Shown piece by piece: positions 38,619-51,719 of a stretch of 64,000 bases of DNA. The stretch lies in the NCBI GenBank assembly GCA_964106915.2, contig OZ066914.1; one strand, given 5' to 3'. This DNA comes from Podarcis gaigeae (taxonomy: Eukaryota). Position numbers and translations under genes: made by a program. The notes beneath the pieces are model-generated. The model did no database searches, was not told the origin of the DNA, and worked only from the letters and a program-made list of their open reading frames with translations. Position 1 is the stretch's first letter. Each line of letters starts with the position of its first letter.

Positions 38619-39914
38619 CTATAGAACAATTCAAGTAACAAACTGTTCTTTATCCAGCAAAAGTTCAACATTTGAAGTGCATAACTACACAACATGTAGT
38701 TTTGTTGTGGGTTTTGTCTTTTGTGTGGGTGGTGTTTTCTTTAGCCTTGCCTTGCCCCCTTGTTAGTTTGCTTCCCGTAAGAAACACACCAAGGGACTTG
38801 TTTTTAGAAAACGTATTACTCCACACCCATAAAGTATCAAATTTAAAGAGACACCGGATATGTTACTTTCTGTCTGGTCTTCTCAGGAAAAGGTTACTCA
38901 GAGCCTCTTTAGACCAGTTAATTAAAAACCACCCAAGAAGAAAGGGGAAGAAAATATTAAAGCATGTAAGACAGACCACCCGGTTCAATCATTGTTTTTC
39001 TGGTGGGGGTCATTGTTAATGTCCCCCCATGGCTCAGATGCCCAGCTCATATCCACTGGAACCATGTGTTCAGTACTGTGGGCCCAATCTCATGATACTC
39101 CATTCCATCTGAGATCAGACAGGCTCCCTCCAAGTTCCTGGTGAAGACTTTATTATTATTTCCACGGGAAATTTAAGTGAGACTTTTTGATTTTACTATT
39201 AAATGTAACTGCCTTTAGGCTGTATCCCTGTTGTGCATTGCTTAGTAACTTTGATGTTACGCAGTATATAAATTATTAAAATAAATAAAAATACATGTGT
39301 GATGAAGCAAGATGGATACTGGATAATAGAGATGGCTCGCTGCTTCATATGCAATAAATTATGTTGTTTTAAAATCAGGAGTTGACTATTGATTAATAAT
39401 TTCCAAGAACTTACGTACGTAATGGGTTTATTACATCCAACACTATGTTTAAAGGTCCAATTAATTAATACCAATGTGTATTGATTTTTGCAACAGGATG
39501 CTCCTGGTGTCTGCAGTCTAGAGAAAGGCAGTAGGCTTTTATTAACAGTTGACCTTTTAACTGATCTTAATCATGTGATTGCCAATGTGGGATGCTTACT
39601 AGGGTTGGCATACAGAACATAATGTTTTCCAAGAATTGCAGGCTTACTTTTTCAATCTTGTGATTAAGCACATTAACAAGCAGTAAGAATTAAAGGTTTG
39701 TATGCCAGTTTAACAAGCCGTTTCTCTTAACTGCTGTGAGATAAGAAAGTAATATAAATACAAGTCGTTTGTGTTTACTCAGTAAACAGGTGCTGCTTGC
39801 TCCTTGCTAAGCAGATGGTGAATTCAAGAATACTGCAGTTAATTAACTTAACTCTCCGTTACGGGGGGGGGGGGGGGGAGCAACTAGAATCCTGCCTCAA
39901 CTTCCACAGCACAA

Positions 39915-39915
<1 letters not shown>

Positions 39916-39947
<32 letters not shown>
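39916..39947. repeat. (CA)n microsatellite (a poly-G run lies nearby at about 39863-39878)
   Basis: Seen directly. Confidence 0.95.
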
Positions 39948-39949
<2 letters not shown>

Positions 39950-40100
39950 GATACATAAAAGTGTTTTCATAACCATCACACCCATTTATTGCCAATATTT
40001 AGGCAAGAAATTCTAACTCGGCCACCAAAAAGTGCAATTCTATGCAAGTCTCCTCAGAAGTAGGACACATTGAATTCAATGAACTTACTCCCAGGTGTAG

Positions 40101-40195
40101 CAGGGGTACCCAATCCGGCCCCCTCCAGCTGCTGTGAACTACATCCCCCCTGACCATTGTCAGGACTGATGGGAGCTGTAGTTCACAATGTCTGG
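40101..40195. mobile_element. Truncated palindromic hAT MITE inside an old hairpin element (40033-40210)
   Basis: caggggtaccc...ccctccagctgctgtgaactaca...tgtagttcacaatgtctgg. Confidence 0.65.
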
Positions 40196-41023
40196 TCTAT
40201 AGCCTTGCAAGCTGTAAAGTGCTGCATTGCCTTATATTATTAAATGGCAATTCTACACAGTTGTGTCAATAATTCCCTTACTGATCACAGTTCAGACTGC
40301 CAGGATTGGCATCAGGAGGAGAGTTCTGGTGTTCCTTTGCTACACGCTGCTTCCTGTTTGAATGCTACAGTCACTCGATTCCAGTGACCCGGCATTATGC
40401 TGATGAGCTCAACTTTACATCTCATGAATGAACCAATAATTTGCATTCTAACCCTGTGATTTCCTATTGTGTTACCCAACAGACTGGGATTATATCTAAT
40501 GATATTGTGGTTTTATATTGTCAGCTTCCCTTTCTAATGCAACATTTAAATTGCTTAGCTAACATTGCTAGAATATGTGTTGGGCGGGCGGACAAGTTGG
40601 TAACTGTGGGAAAATGGATACTAGAAACAACATGAAAAGACAGTGTCAGTTTTTGTGGTAACCTGTCAGGTGTTTTAAGCACCTTGATGCCACAAACATC
40701 AGAAAGATTCTGGAAGACGGATTTGCTTAGTGTGAGAGCACAGCCAATACTTTGTCAGATGCAAAATGTTGTGACAGCTGAGTATAAGTAAATATTATGC
40801 CCTTTGTTTTTCTGATAGAAAAGCTCTTTAAAAGGGGGTTTTGTTTGTTTGTTTTTACTTTAAAATTTCATATCCATTTACACACCTGGAAAACAGAGAG
40901 AGAAAATACTGAGAGAGAAAATACTAAGAGTAAAAGAAAGATACACTGAACATGAAATAAAAATATTCTTACTATCCAGACAAGGAGACAAGGGTATACT
41001 AAAATGCAAGCAACTAGATCACA

Positions 41024-41277
41024 TGTGGTGGCTTCCAGTTTGTGGGATACTCTCTCTAAGGAAGTTCGCCTGGTGCCTTCAGTATATATATTTTAGGCGC
41101 CAGGCAAAAATGTTCCTCTTCAACCAGACCTTGGGCTAATTAATATCCTACAGCCTTTTAAATGTATCTGTCAGAAGGCGGGGTCATTGTACTGTTGCTT
41201 TGGTTTAATTATTGTGTTTTATGCTGTGTACTGCCCTGGGAACTCTTGCTGAGTGGCGGTATATAAGTCTAATTAAC
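41024..41277 (+). mobile_element. Older L2-clade LINE 3' end
   Basis: gtggtggcttccagtttgtgggatactctc (VVAPxLWNxLP-like), ttttaggcgccaggcaaaa, terminal ctgccctg...ggcggtatataa. Confidence 0.65.
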
Positions 41278-43115
41278 CACCACCACCACCAACATCATCT
41301 AGCTTTCCTCCCCCTCGTGGAACCCAGCCACTAGCAACCAGGCTCAGCAACAAACTTCCATGCATTGCGTCAAGAGTTCTAAGTGCACAGCAAATGCAGA
41401 TGTGCAGCTAAATCTCTGTCTGTATCATAATGCTCATCTGGTCTCCATCTAACCACTGGAATTTATCTTTTTATCCAGATAAACAGAGATGCACATGCAG
41501 GCCATTATGCAGGAGTGGCTGGTAGGGCAGCCCAGCATTTCTTCCCAGGCTCCCCAACACCATCCATCACTGTTAGTTACTGAGCAGGAGAGGGGCAGGG
41601 CAACAGGGAGCTAAGTGCAGTACAGATGTAGCAGCGGTGGCACTGTGTCTCTGCAGCTGCAACTGTGCCTTGCCTCCTCCCTTCAGTATGCAGAAGCAGC
41701 AGTGCACAGTGCTGAGAAACCAGGGAAGCAGTGCCAGCAACTACTGCCATTATGCACTGCATGTGTTTAACTACAATCCTTAAGATTAGGGCTCAGCTAT
41801 AAAATGAGACATTTTAGCTAAGTGGACATCAATTTTAACTAATCATCTTATGTAGTTACCTAACATTACAGGATGTATTGTTAGCAGTGTCACGTAAATG
41901 ATGCAGATGGAACCCAGAGAGAAAAGAAATCCTGGTAAAACTTTACTAAGAGAACTGAACAAAGAGTATAATTTAAGGGGGGGAAACAGGTTTTGTCTTT
42001 TTTATTTCATGCCTTATACACTGCAGGGAGACATCCAACCAACCATTCAGATGAAAACTCCCTCAGAACCACACAGCCTATCAGAGCCCGTGTTACCTCA
42101 GCAAAGATCACAATGATCTTCTTGGTTGTTAAGCAACACTCCACCACCACCACCACCCCTTGATTAGCTGACTTACTAACAACAGAATTAACCCTTAGGT
42201 TACAAACCAAATTATCTCTACTGTTGCAATTCCCACATGTATCATACTGAAGTGAAGAGAATGTAAATTCAGCAGAGAACCTGGTTGTATTAATGTTTCC
42301 ACAGTGTTAGCCCATCTACATTGTGTACATTCTGATGTTCTTGTTAGGTTCAGCTATATGGGCACCTAAAATTTAATCTATGCAATAAAAAGTGCAGGAA
42401 GAGGTCACCTAGAATGCTTCAACCTTGCTGCAAGAACCTTCGGCTTTCTCTTGATTTACCAATCAAGTGATTGATTTATCAATCCTAAAGTTGTATTAAA
42501 ATTAGTATTAGCATTTAGCATTGCATGAGACGTGCCAACACACTGCAATCCAAAAAGCATATGGAGGGAATTTGCACAATTAGGCAAGCTGCCAAGTACT
42601 TAGAGTTCTACTTTATTATCATCATTACCATGAGACCCCTTGGCTTTAAAAAGGGGCTTAAATATAAGGACTAATAGAAGTCATTTTAAAATGCCAGGTA
42701 AAGCCAGGAATGTTTAAATTCCAACAACGACAGGTCATTTTGTTATATTCTGAAACCACAGAAGCCAAGCTGGCCAAAGGGCAAAAGGAGGCATTATCCA
42801 TGTTACCTTCTGTGTCCTGCTCTGGTGAAACATTTGTAGACATTACAATGAAAGTTTACATAACCTGATTTTGGCAGCATTTCTTCAGAGCTCTTTCAAA
42901 TCTCTAGCTATGGGCAAACAATCTCTGATGTACATACAAACGTTCCTTCCTTGCCCACAAGGACTGCCCCAATTACTTGAATGGAAGTAGCAGGTATGCA
43001 GGCACATTATTTTGCGGTCAAAGATTTTGTCCTTCCACAAATAGTCCATCTGCACTGAGTGCACACTGGGCTCTGGACTGGATCAATTAGCTTTTTCCTT
43101 AGGGTTGTGATCAGG

Positions 43116-43142
43116 GTGTGTGTGTGTGTGTGTGTGTGTGTG
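43116..43142. repeat. (GT)n microsatellite
   Basis: Seen directly. Confidence 0.9.
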
Positions 43143-43191
43143 CTATTTCTTTAATTAATCTTCATTGCTAGTAAATTAAATGCAGGACTTT

Positions 43192-43229
<38 letters not shown>

Positions 43230-43253
43230 GGTTTTGGTATATATATGCAGGTT

Positions 43254-43295
43254 TTGAAGATGACGAGTGAGACCTCGTCGAAACGTCGCCTAGAC
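43254..43295 (+). ncRNA. Minimal type I hammerhead ribozyme-like core (Penelope-associated), 5' strand of stem I apparently lost
   Basis: (U)UGAAGA-U-[GACGAG ugagac CUCGUC]-GAAAC-GUC: conserved boxes, a 6-bp stem II and a GUC cleavage triplet. Confidence 0.65.
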
Positions 43296-43351
43296 ACCCC
43301 AACTTTTACACGGGAAGACACCCGAGGACACCAAAACCTGCATTCCTGTAC

Positions 43352-43491
43352 NNNNNNNNNNNNNNNNNNNNNNNNNNNNNNNNNNNNNNNNNNNNNNNNN
43401 NNNNNNNNNNNNNNNNNNNNNNNNNNNNNNNNNNNNNNNNNNNNNNNNNNNNNNNNNNNNNNNNNNNNNNNNNNNNNNNNNNNNNNNNNNN
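43352..43491. other. Assembly gap (N run)
   Basis: 140 consecutive n. Confidence 1.
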
Positions 43492-43501
43492 CTAGCAATG
43501 A

Positions 43502-43539
<38 letters not shown>

Positions 43540-43567
43540 AGTCCTGCATTTAATTTACTAGCAATGA

Positions 43568-43601
<34 letters not shown>

Positions 43602-44868
43602 GCGCGCTTCATATAATGGCCACTCATCCATGTTAAATGACTCTCACAGGAGGCTGGGTTAGAAGTACACAATATCAGAACAAAACAAAACAATCTTAAT
43701 GCCTGCTCCAGGAAGCGAAAGTTGCAAGCCTGTGGAGACTGGTGGTACCGGACCTTGAACCATTATTGAGAATAATAGATTGAACTTCCCTGACCTTCTG
43801 TAAAGCAGCAGAATATTATCTATACCTTTATAGCCTCCCTGTGCTCTCTTCCCCTCTATGTTATGCATTCATCTAAACAGTGTGTTCTGGATCATTACCT
43901 TTCTTTTTCAGTCTCCCAGAAACTCATCTGTTACACTAGAAGTAGTTTGCCGTTTCAGAGCTCAGTTATTTAAAAACCAAAGCACATTCACTGATTGTGT
44001 ATTTATTATTATTATTATTATTAAGCAAACACAAAGGAGCTTGTGTCTTACGCCACTATTTTTCTCAATCCATTTCCCTCACACATCAACTATTGAAACA
44101 GGAGTCACCACTATACTGGTCAGCAGGGAACGTATGCCAAAGGCATTTTAAGAGGTATGTCTATGTAGCCCAGTGCTTCTCAAACTGTGGGTCACAGTCC
44201 ACAGATGGCCTTCAGTGTGTTCCTGGGCGGTCATACAATGAGGAGCTTTTTAACCCCCTTTTCACTGGGCTATCAACTCACTATTACAATGGTAAAACCC
44301 CTTTAAGAACCAGGTTTACTCTCTCACACCATCCCTCCCCTTTATATGTCATGCTTAAATTCTATTCAAATACATACTAGCCTATATTCACATGAAAAAC
44401 AAAACATAAAGCATAAAACATAAGCTAGTACAGAGTTAACTATCGATGCAATAGTCTTTCAATTTCTGTTGTAAAGGATGAAAATAGGCCTGGAAAGGTG
44501 TAGGTGGTTAAATTACAAGTGGAACATACTTCAAAAATATTCAAAAGCATTGGTGACTTTCTTTCCTGCTATTGATTCCAGTCTATTTCTAAAGCCAGGA
44601 ACCTCACTCAACAGCAATGGAGTCTCCTTTTAAAAAGAAGTTGGGTCCAAGATAATTTCCCACTGTGCCGAAGAGCGATACTGTATTTATGTCATTGTGG
44701 ATAATTAAAATGGCAGCTCTGACTGGAACGCAGAATGTCGTAACGCCAACAAAACATTCTAAACCTCTCAGCAGTGTATATATGAACATACATGTGTGCT
44801 GGCTGCGAACATGTGAGTCCAGGTACACACTAGTAACATTTGGGAGCATCTGTAGACACCAATGTGCT

Positions 44869-45226
44869 AAGGTAAAGGTAAAGGTTAAATCCAGTCAAAG
44901 GCAACTATGGGGCGTGGTGCTCATCTCACTTTTCAGGCCGAGGGAGCTGGCAGACAGCTTTCCGGGTCATGTGGCCAGCATGACTAAACCGCTTCTGGCA
45001 CAATGGAACACTGTGACGGAAGCCAGAGAGCATGGAAACACTGTTTACCTTCCCGCCGCAGCAGTATCTATTTATCTACTTGCACTAGCATGCTTTCAAA
45101 CTGTTAGGTTGGCAGGAGCTGGGACAAAGCAACGGGAGCTCACCCTGTCACGGTGATTCGAACCGTCAACCTTCTGATTGGCAAGCCCAAGAGGCTCAGT
45201 GGTTTAGACCACAGTGCCACCCATGT
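44869..45226 (-). mobile_element. Sauria SINE, near full length, older
   Basis: (AAAGGT)n tail at left; gattcgaacc B box and ccacagtgccaccc head on the reverse strand. Confidence 0.9.
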
Positions 45227-46656
45227 TGAGTAGATGCTCTACTACTGAGCTGAAGCCTTTACAGTGCTGATTAGAATGTTCCTGCTACTCCTCCCCACCA
45301 GAAAGTACACCACCAAGGGCTTCCTGAATCCTCTCACTCATCCTCGTCACCAGATTTTTCCACCTGCATTTTTTGGGACTCAGCGTCATGTCCTCTCTGG
45401 ATGCAGCAAATGTTCCAAGTGGCCCCTGCAGCTGAGTTCTCCAGAATCAACATGTTAGGTGGTGGTATCATCACCAAGGAAAGATCACAATACTCGTCCA
45501 ATGCAGAGACCTTTTGTTAAAAGGTTGAATGAATAGTAGAAGAGTAGACATGGCAACTGAAATTTCATGAACTGTGGGTTTCAGCTAATGAGTTTGACTA
45601 CACAACCTCTAACACACACAGAAGTTCAGAGAATACAAATGGAATGAATACATGCTCTACCCTTACATGTCAGAGCAAAGGCCCCTGAAGTCCTCAGCCA
45701 GTGTTCCTTGTGAAGACTTCCTCAGAAAAGAAGGAACAAGGAACAATGAGCCAACCCTTTTGGAACACAGACAAAGATGAGCTGAATAGTTGATAATGCT
45801 AACAACTCATTTAAGGGACATCAGAAGAATATCCTCCCCCCCCCCCCGCCTCCACACACACAGCAGCAGCAGCAGCTGAAGGGAAATTGCATTCTGGAAT
45901 GGTCCTCCTCTTCTCTCTTTTTGCAAGGCAACTGCTTATCAAAACTGAAAAGCAATTAATAATGTATTACTTCTGCTCATAGTCAGATTTGAAAATTATT
46001 TTTCTCTACAAGCTTAGCAGGGCCAGGGCCAGAAAACAGCATATTGCTATTATCAAGGGCACCTGTAGATGTTTTGCCTTGTCTAGTAAAAAGATTGCTT
46101 TTCAGAGTCTTTCATGTTCTGAATGAAACCTTCTGACCAGTTATACTTCGCATGCATTTGCTTTTAAATTTCACTGAGCAGCTATCTATAACTGAAGGAT
46201 TCTTCTTCTTTAATGATGTCTTATCATTGATGTAATCTGCTTTTTCCTTGTAAAGCTTTTGAGTTCATCTCCTTTATTTTGAATTTCTCCCCATCAAATT
46301 ACTTTCCCCTTTAGCCTTTCATGATAAGAATACAGGAAGCAAATGAAAACAAACTTAAACAAAAAAAGCCACAAGCCAGGAATGTTTTATCAAGTAAGTA
46401 TCTGCTGGCTGAACAAAGTGAGTGGATTCCCCCCTCCCCAACTTAATTTGACTGTCAACACTGAGTTTGGTGAAAGGATGTTTTTGGTTTGTATGTGTTT
46501 GCAGCCCAATAACTCTGCTGAACCACTGAGAAATCAAAATGAAATATAGTACATATGTTCAAGGGCAGAATTCTCACATTTCAGATCTGAATGCCAGCTC
46601 AACCACCCTCTCCTTTTTAAAATGGGAAAATTCAGTATACCACACAGTACAATATA

Positions 46657-46833
46657 CAGTGGTACCACTGGTTGCGAACAGGATCTGTCCCAAAGCCCCG
46701 TTCGCAACCTGAAAGGAACGCAACCCGCGTCTGCACACGCGCAAGCTGCAAAACCCAGAAGTAACCCTTTCTGGTACTTCCGGGACGCAACCTGAAAAGA
46801 CGTAACCAGGGTCACATATACCACTACTACAGT
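46657..46833 (+). mobile_element. pogo/Tigger-like MITE, second family, right end degenerate
   Basis: TA|CAGTGGTACC, repeated cgcaacc motifs, related to 60899-61151. Confidence 0.75.
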
Positions 46834-48226
46834 AGAGTGGATGGTACAGGCAACGCCACTTCCCTTAGGACTCAATCAGAAAATGGTTTGGCCACAGCAC
46901 AAGGCACACTTTTCAGAAGTGACTAGCAGAAATGCAGACATACTGGCACTTTTCAAGCAGCTGGGGCTCATCGCGTTGGTCTTGGGATATGTCTCCTCAG
47001 TGTGGGGAAGGGTGGAGTGCGCTAAGTTTGGCTCCCTTGGACACTGAGATCTCCATGCCATGTCTTAGATAGGTCACTAGTAGTTCAGTCTTCACAGTAT
47101 TGGAAAGAAGACATCCAGGGGCTTTGAGACAATACTATGGGATATATTAAAACAGTTGATGTCCCCTGTTAAGTGCTGTAAAGGCTGGGGCTCCAGCTCC
47201 TCCTTTACCAAGAGACCAGAGAGAGGAGGCTGCCCATAATCTTGTATTCTCTGGCTTCAGCTCCTGGTTGGGTCAGGAAACATAAAAGTCCAGCAGTCCT
47301 TGGGCGCCAGGCCTGCCACTGATGGGGCAATGACAAGGCTTTATCCACTATTTTGATTCCAACCAAAAATAACCTCAATTTGGTTTTTGCTCTAGGTTGA
47401 GGAAGAAGTGGTCAAGAGATGGGAGTGGTGGCTATTAACCCATTGTTATGGTCAGTCCGTTTCATGAAAAAGTCTGGAATTATGGCTCCAATTTTCCCCT
47501 ACAGGGATGGGGTACAGATTAGAATGGTCCATCTTCAGAGACAAATGTAATCCAAGTGATTTCTAAATGCCTTTGTGTGTTTTTTCCCAGTGGACAGAAC
47601 AAGCAATGCTATGGAAGCTCTTGTTTCTTGGAACAGTTTAAAAATTACTGCATTAGAGAAATTGGAAAATAAACATATGTTTGCTGCATGGCTATTAACT
47701 ACATATCCAAAGCATACATATGGAAGTGTTCTTGTTGCATTTTGTTTGTATGGATACAGTATTCTTCCCAGAACTGATCTCAGAAAAAAATAAACTTCTC
47801 TCTGTGTTTGGGGCAAAAGATGGCTAGGCACTACATTGATTGGTTGGTGGCCTTTGTCTCTGTCAACCCAGAATAAGTTTTCAACTATTTTTTCTACTGC
47901 GCAAGAGTTAAATCAGATAAACTTGCAAGCAGTTCTTTAAAAAATAAAAACAGTGGCAGGCCCACCAGAAGAATTGAGGGAGATGCAAGACAGAGGACTT
48001 GGAAGTGTATTAGCTGATAAGCCCATCTGTCAAAAGCATTTAAAAGGCTGGGGAAGAAGAATCTACTGTAAGTCCTCTTGATAAAGAAATGTCTGCATAC
48101 GTGCTCTCACTTGAAACTCACATCAGTAAATCCACTGTTATTTCTTGCAATCATTCTCTTGTATCCTATGTATCATATGCTACTTATTACCATAATTTTA
48201 GAAATACAGATACTAAGGAAAGTTCA

Positions 48227-48378
48227 AAAGTTGGTTAAAATGTGAGGTGCATTTAATAAATGGAAATTTGTGTAATTTTCTTTATAGAATAATTTTTTGT
48301 AATTATTCTTTATAAAGTTGGTTAAAATGTGAGATGCATTTAAATAAAGGGAAATTTGTGCAATTTTCTTTATAGAAC
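48227..48378. repeat. Imperfect tandem duplication, period about 87 bp
   Basis: aaagttggttaaaatgtgag...aaatttgtg.aattttctttatagaa starts at 48227 and again at 48314. Confidence 0.9.
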
Positions 48379-49977
48379 ATAGAACATTACTCAGCATGTG
48401 ATACAATTTGGTTCTCTCTTTCTATTCAGTAAAAATGTTCATTATATTTTATTCAGTGAGACAGCGTGAGATTCATTGGTTCCTTCTCAATTTGATGATT
48501 AACTACAACCATCAAGAACAAAATCACTATATATATTTTTATTAAAAAAGCACACGAACACACATTAATAAAACGCAAAAAACCAAAGGATGGGTTCCAA
48601 ATGGAACCGAGAGCAGCCATCCACCAGAGTCCTTAATAAAGTATACCTTGTGTGATAAAGTTAAGAAATGGTTCTTTTCAAAAAAGCCTATTTTTATAAA
48701 CAAAGCACAGTCACTCTTAATAATTTGGCATATGGAGATATATAGATATACGCACATACTATATATGTATGTATATATAATCTCCACACATACACACACA
48801 CTTGTCTATATTGTCGCATGCCACCCCAATCTCTGAGTGGTGCAAGATTCCAGGGGTTCCAGGTGCTTATGCAGGGTTCGGCTTCCTCAGAAAAAAGTGA
48901 CAGTGGAGACTGTGGTGTCTTTATGATCTATGATTCATTTATACAACCTGAGACTACGATGGAGGAACTCACAGCATTAACACCCCAATAAGGTCTTCCT
49001 TTTCCCATAGCCACAGCCTTGGATCCCCGTAGAAATCAGGCATGACTCTGTCTCTCAGCTGCCCAGCCTACTTCCTGTTTCTAGCCTCTAGTGTGCCCCC
49101 CCCCTCTCTCTCTCACACACACAGTATAGAGCCACTTTATTACCTTAATGACCCTTACTTAGGGGCCATTACTAAGAAAGCTGTCTGCCTATTGCTGGCA
49201 ATTGGATTCTTGTTGGATATAAGAATTAGCAGAAACTCAAGCATACAGTCTTATTCCTCTCACCGCTGCCCCCCCCCAAAAAAACCTCACAACAATATAT
49301 ATAGCAAAAGGGGGAAAGGCAGGGAATCACTGCAAGGATTATTTCAGCTGCAACTTGGCCTATTTCTCACAAACAGCAGATGACAGGATTAGACTGTGGC
49401 CTGGTTCAGATATTGCTGTTTTGAGCAGCCAAGTAATGGTTTATTTGGCCTGAAAACATAGCATGCCCATATATAAATTCACACTGAGATACTTAGAAAT
49501 GAACTCAATACTGAGATTATTAGTATTGGCCAGTAACTAACCCATACCGGCTATATGGCACAGTTGAAACCATCATACAGAGATAGGACCAAGTCTCCAG
49601 TGTGAAAGGTATCCCACCCAAGCTAGATTAATTTGACTCCAAAAATGTTTGCCCATGTTGCCCACTCACTCAGAGCGTCTGTTCCATGAAATATTCACAA
49701 TGGATTTAACATACCACAATTTGTATGTATGCAAGATACATCTCCAGGTGCAGTTAGTGATCCAGAAAAAGGTACCTGGAACAAAGGCACTTGCTTCTTT
49801 CTACAAACAGGACTCCCTTACTAGGTCAGGAAGATGGTCAGCAAGAACACAACCAACAGCACTGAATCCTGGTCTGAAAGATACGTGCAATCAGATTTTA
49901 AAGTGTTCCTATATGCCTGCTCCTACATGCCATTATACTGCCCAACAGTGAACTCCTTACTATGTCTACTCAGAAGT

Positions 49978-50137
49978 AAAGGTAGAGGGACCCCTGACCA
50001 TTAGGTCCAGTCGTGACCGACTCTGGGGTTGCGGTGCTCATCTTGCTTTATTGGCCGAGGAAGCCGGCGTACAGCTTCCGGGTCATGTGGCCAGCATGAC
50101 TAAGCCGCTTCTGGCAAACCAGAGCAGCGCACGGAAA
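49978..50137 (-). mobile_element. Sauria SINE, 5'-truncated, inside an old hairpin element
   Basis: Reverse complement closely matches 22550-22710. Confidence 0.9.
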
Positions 50138-51574
50138 AAAGTCATGCTAAATTCAAGGGGGCTTATTCACTTGTAAGTGGAGTTATGAGTGAATCCTAAT
50201 TCATTAGGGTTCATGCAGCATGTAAAATACACTCAGTTCAAGGCATAAAGGAGATTTGCTGCTTGATCTAAGAGGTTCACATTTATTCTAGTAGCAGAAC
50301 AGGGCCTTTGGTGCACACACACAACTTCATAAATTATCAACCACATAACACCAATAAATATCCATTTCCCAAAAGGAAACTAGACGCAAGTATAATTTAC
50401 TCTACATCCAGAATTCATTACCAACAAAGACTACATCAGTTGGTGGCATACTATATTTCAGGAACTCAGAAGAAAACTATTAATTTCTAAAAGTATTCCA
50501 GTGTCTTTTCAGTAACATATTAATACCGGCTTTAAAATGTCATGAAATTATTATGTAGTATCTTGGAACTTTACCAAAATTCAGAAAGAAAAACACCTAA
50601 AGGATTTCACATCTGGTTTCCCTTCTGAAAATACTGGTGGCATTTCTTTTAAGCTTGCTTTCTGCACACCAGCTCTAAGTTACAATAAAATGTCCTATCT
50701 GGATAAGCACGGAGGTGGGGGGGGGGAGTATATTTACACTGCTGCAGTCTTCTCAATCTTTTTTGCAACAGTAGACAATGTAAAAGACCCAAACATGACA
50801 TTAATACAAAAGGCTATTTTAAGAATCATTTTTCTCCCCCTATTACAGTGAAGAACAAAACCCCAAGCTTTCCAACATCACACTGAAAGCTATAATTACC
50901 CAATTCTGTGTGAAAATGAAATGATAACATTGTATTTTATGCAAGATGAAGCCATTGAGAAATGCAAAATGTGCCTTTCATAAATATGATGAGTGAATAC
51001 ATGACTGGAATGCAAAAAATTCTCGTTAGCTCTCTAGCAAGAAAATAAGGAAAATCATGGTTTCCTCCGTTTAGTGTACAAAAAACAACCTCTCAGTAAT
51101 TTTACACTGAAAAATATTTAGCTTCCCCAGATCTGGTGCTTGCTCTCCTTTCTACAACATGCAAGCCTAAACACCAGCTTGTTGACAAGGACTGACTGAT
51201 GCCTTTTCACAGAAAGCAGCCCACATGGAAAATGTGCATTTTTGGAAAATCAGTGGAGTGCACATTGTAAGGATGGCTTATCAGAACATGGGCTATAGCA
51301 ATAGGCGAGTGTTCAACACAACATAGCAGAGCACTGAGGGGGTTAACCAAATATAATATTTTCGCTGATTCAGATCTGATCTGTCCTGTACCTGACTTGG
51401 CATTATGAATATGTTGCTGTTTTAAACTGCTTTTTTTATATTTATCACTGTTGTGATAGATTGGGGCAGGCAAGGTGGAATAGAGAAGTTTAGAACAGGT
51501 TGGAAAGGCGAAGGAAAGAGTAAGAAAAAGGGGGAAAGGGAAACAGGCAGGAAAATGTTTCTGGTGGTGATGGT

Positions 51575-51719
51575 ACACGAGGCGGATTTTGCGACGCGTG
51601 CAGGTGAGCGGTTTTCGGCATCCTCCCCTAAATAAGCTCAAAACTTTTTTCTTAAATTTGAGTCCCCAAAGAAGTGGGCGACTTATACATGGGGGCGTCT
51701 TATACACAGAAAAGTACGG
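51575..51719. mobile_element. One end of a Tc1/mariner-type DNA transposon
   Basis: CpG-rich patch ending gggggcgtcttatacacagaaaagtacgg|TA, with a duplicated cttataca subterminal motif. Confidence 0.7.

Larger units (their letters stand above)
43161..43601. mobile_element. Penelope-like retroelement pseudo-LTR remnants with inverted/tandem repeats, (TA)n and (TCTA)n, spanning a gap
   Basis: tgaagatgacgag...cgaaacgtc motif; 29-bp perfect inverted repeat (43161-43189 vs 43540-43568); gcaggttttggt vs accaaaacctgc inverted pair. Confidence 0.75.

Noticed and set aside
44665-45156. 163-aa ORF
   Set aside because: Mostly antisense Sauria SINE; VKVKVK is the (AAAGGT)n tail.
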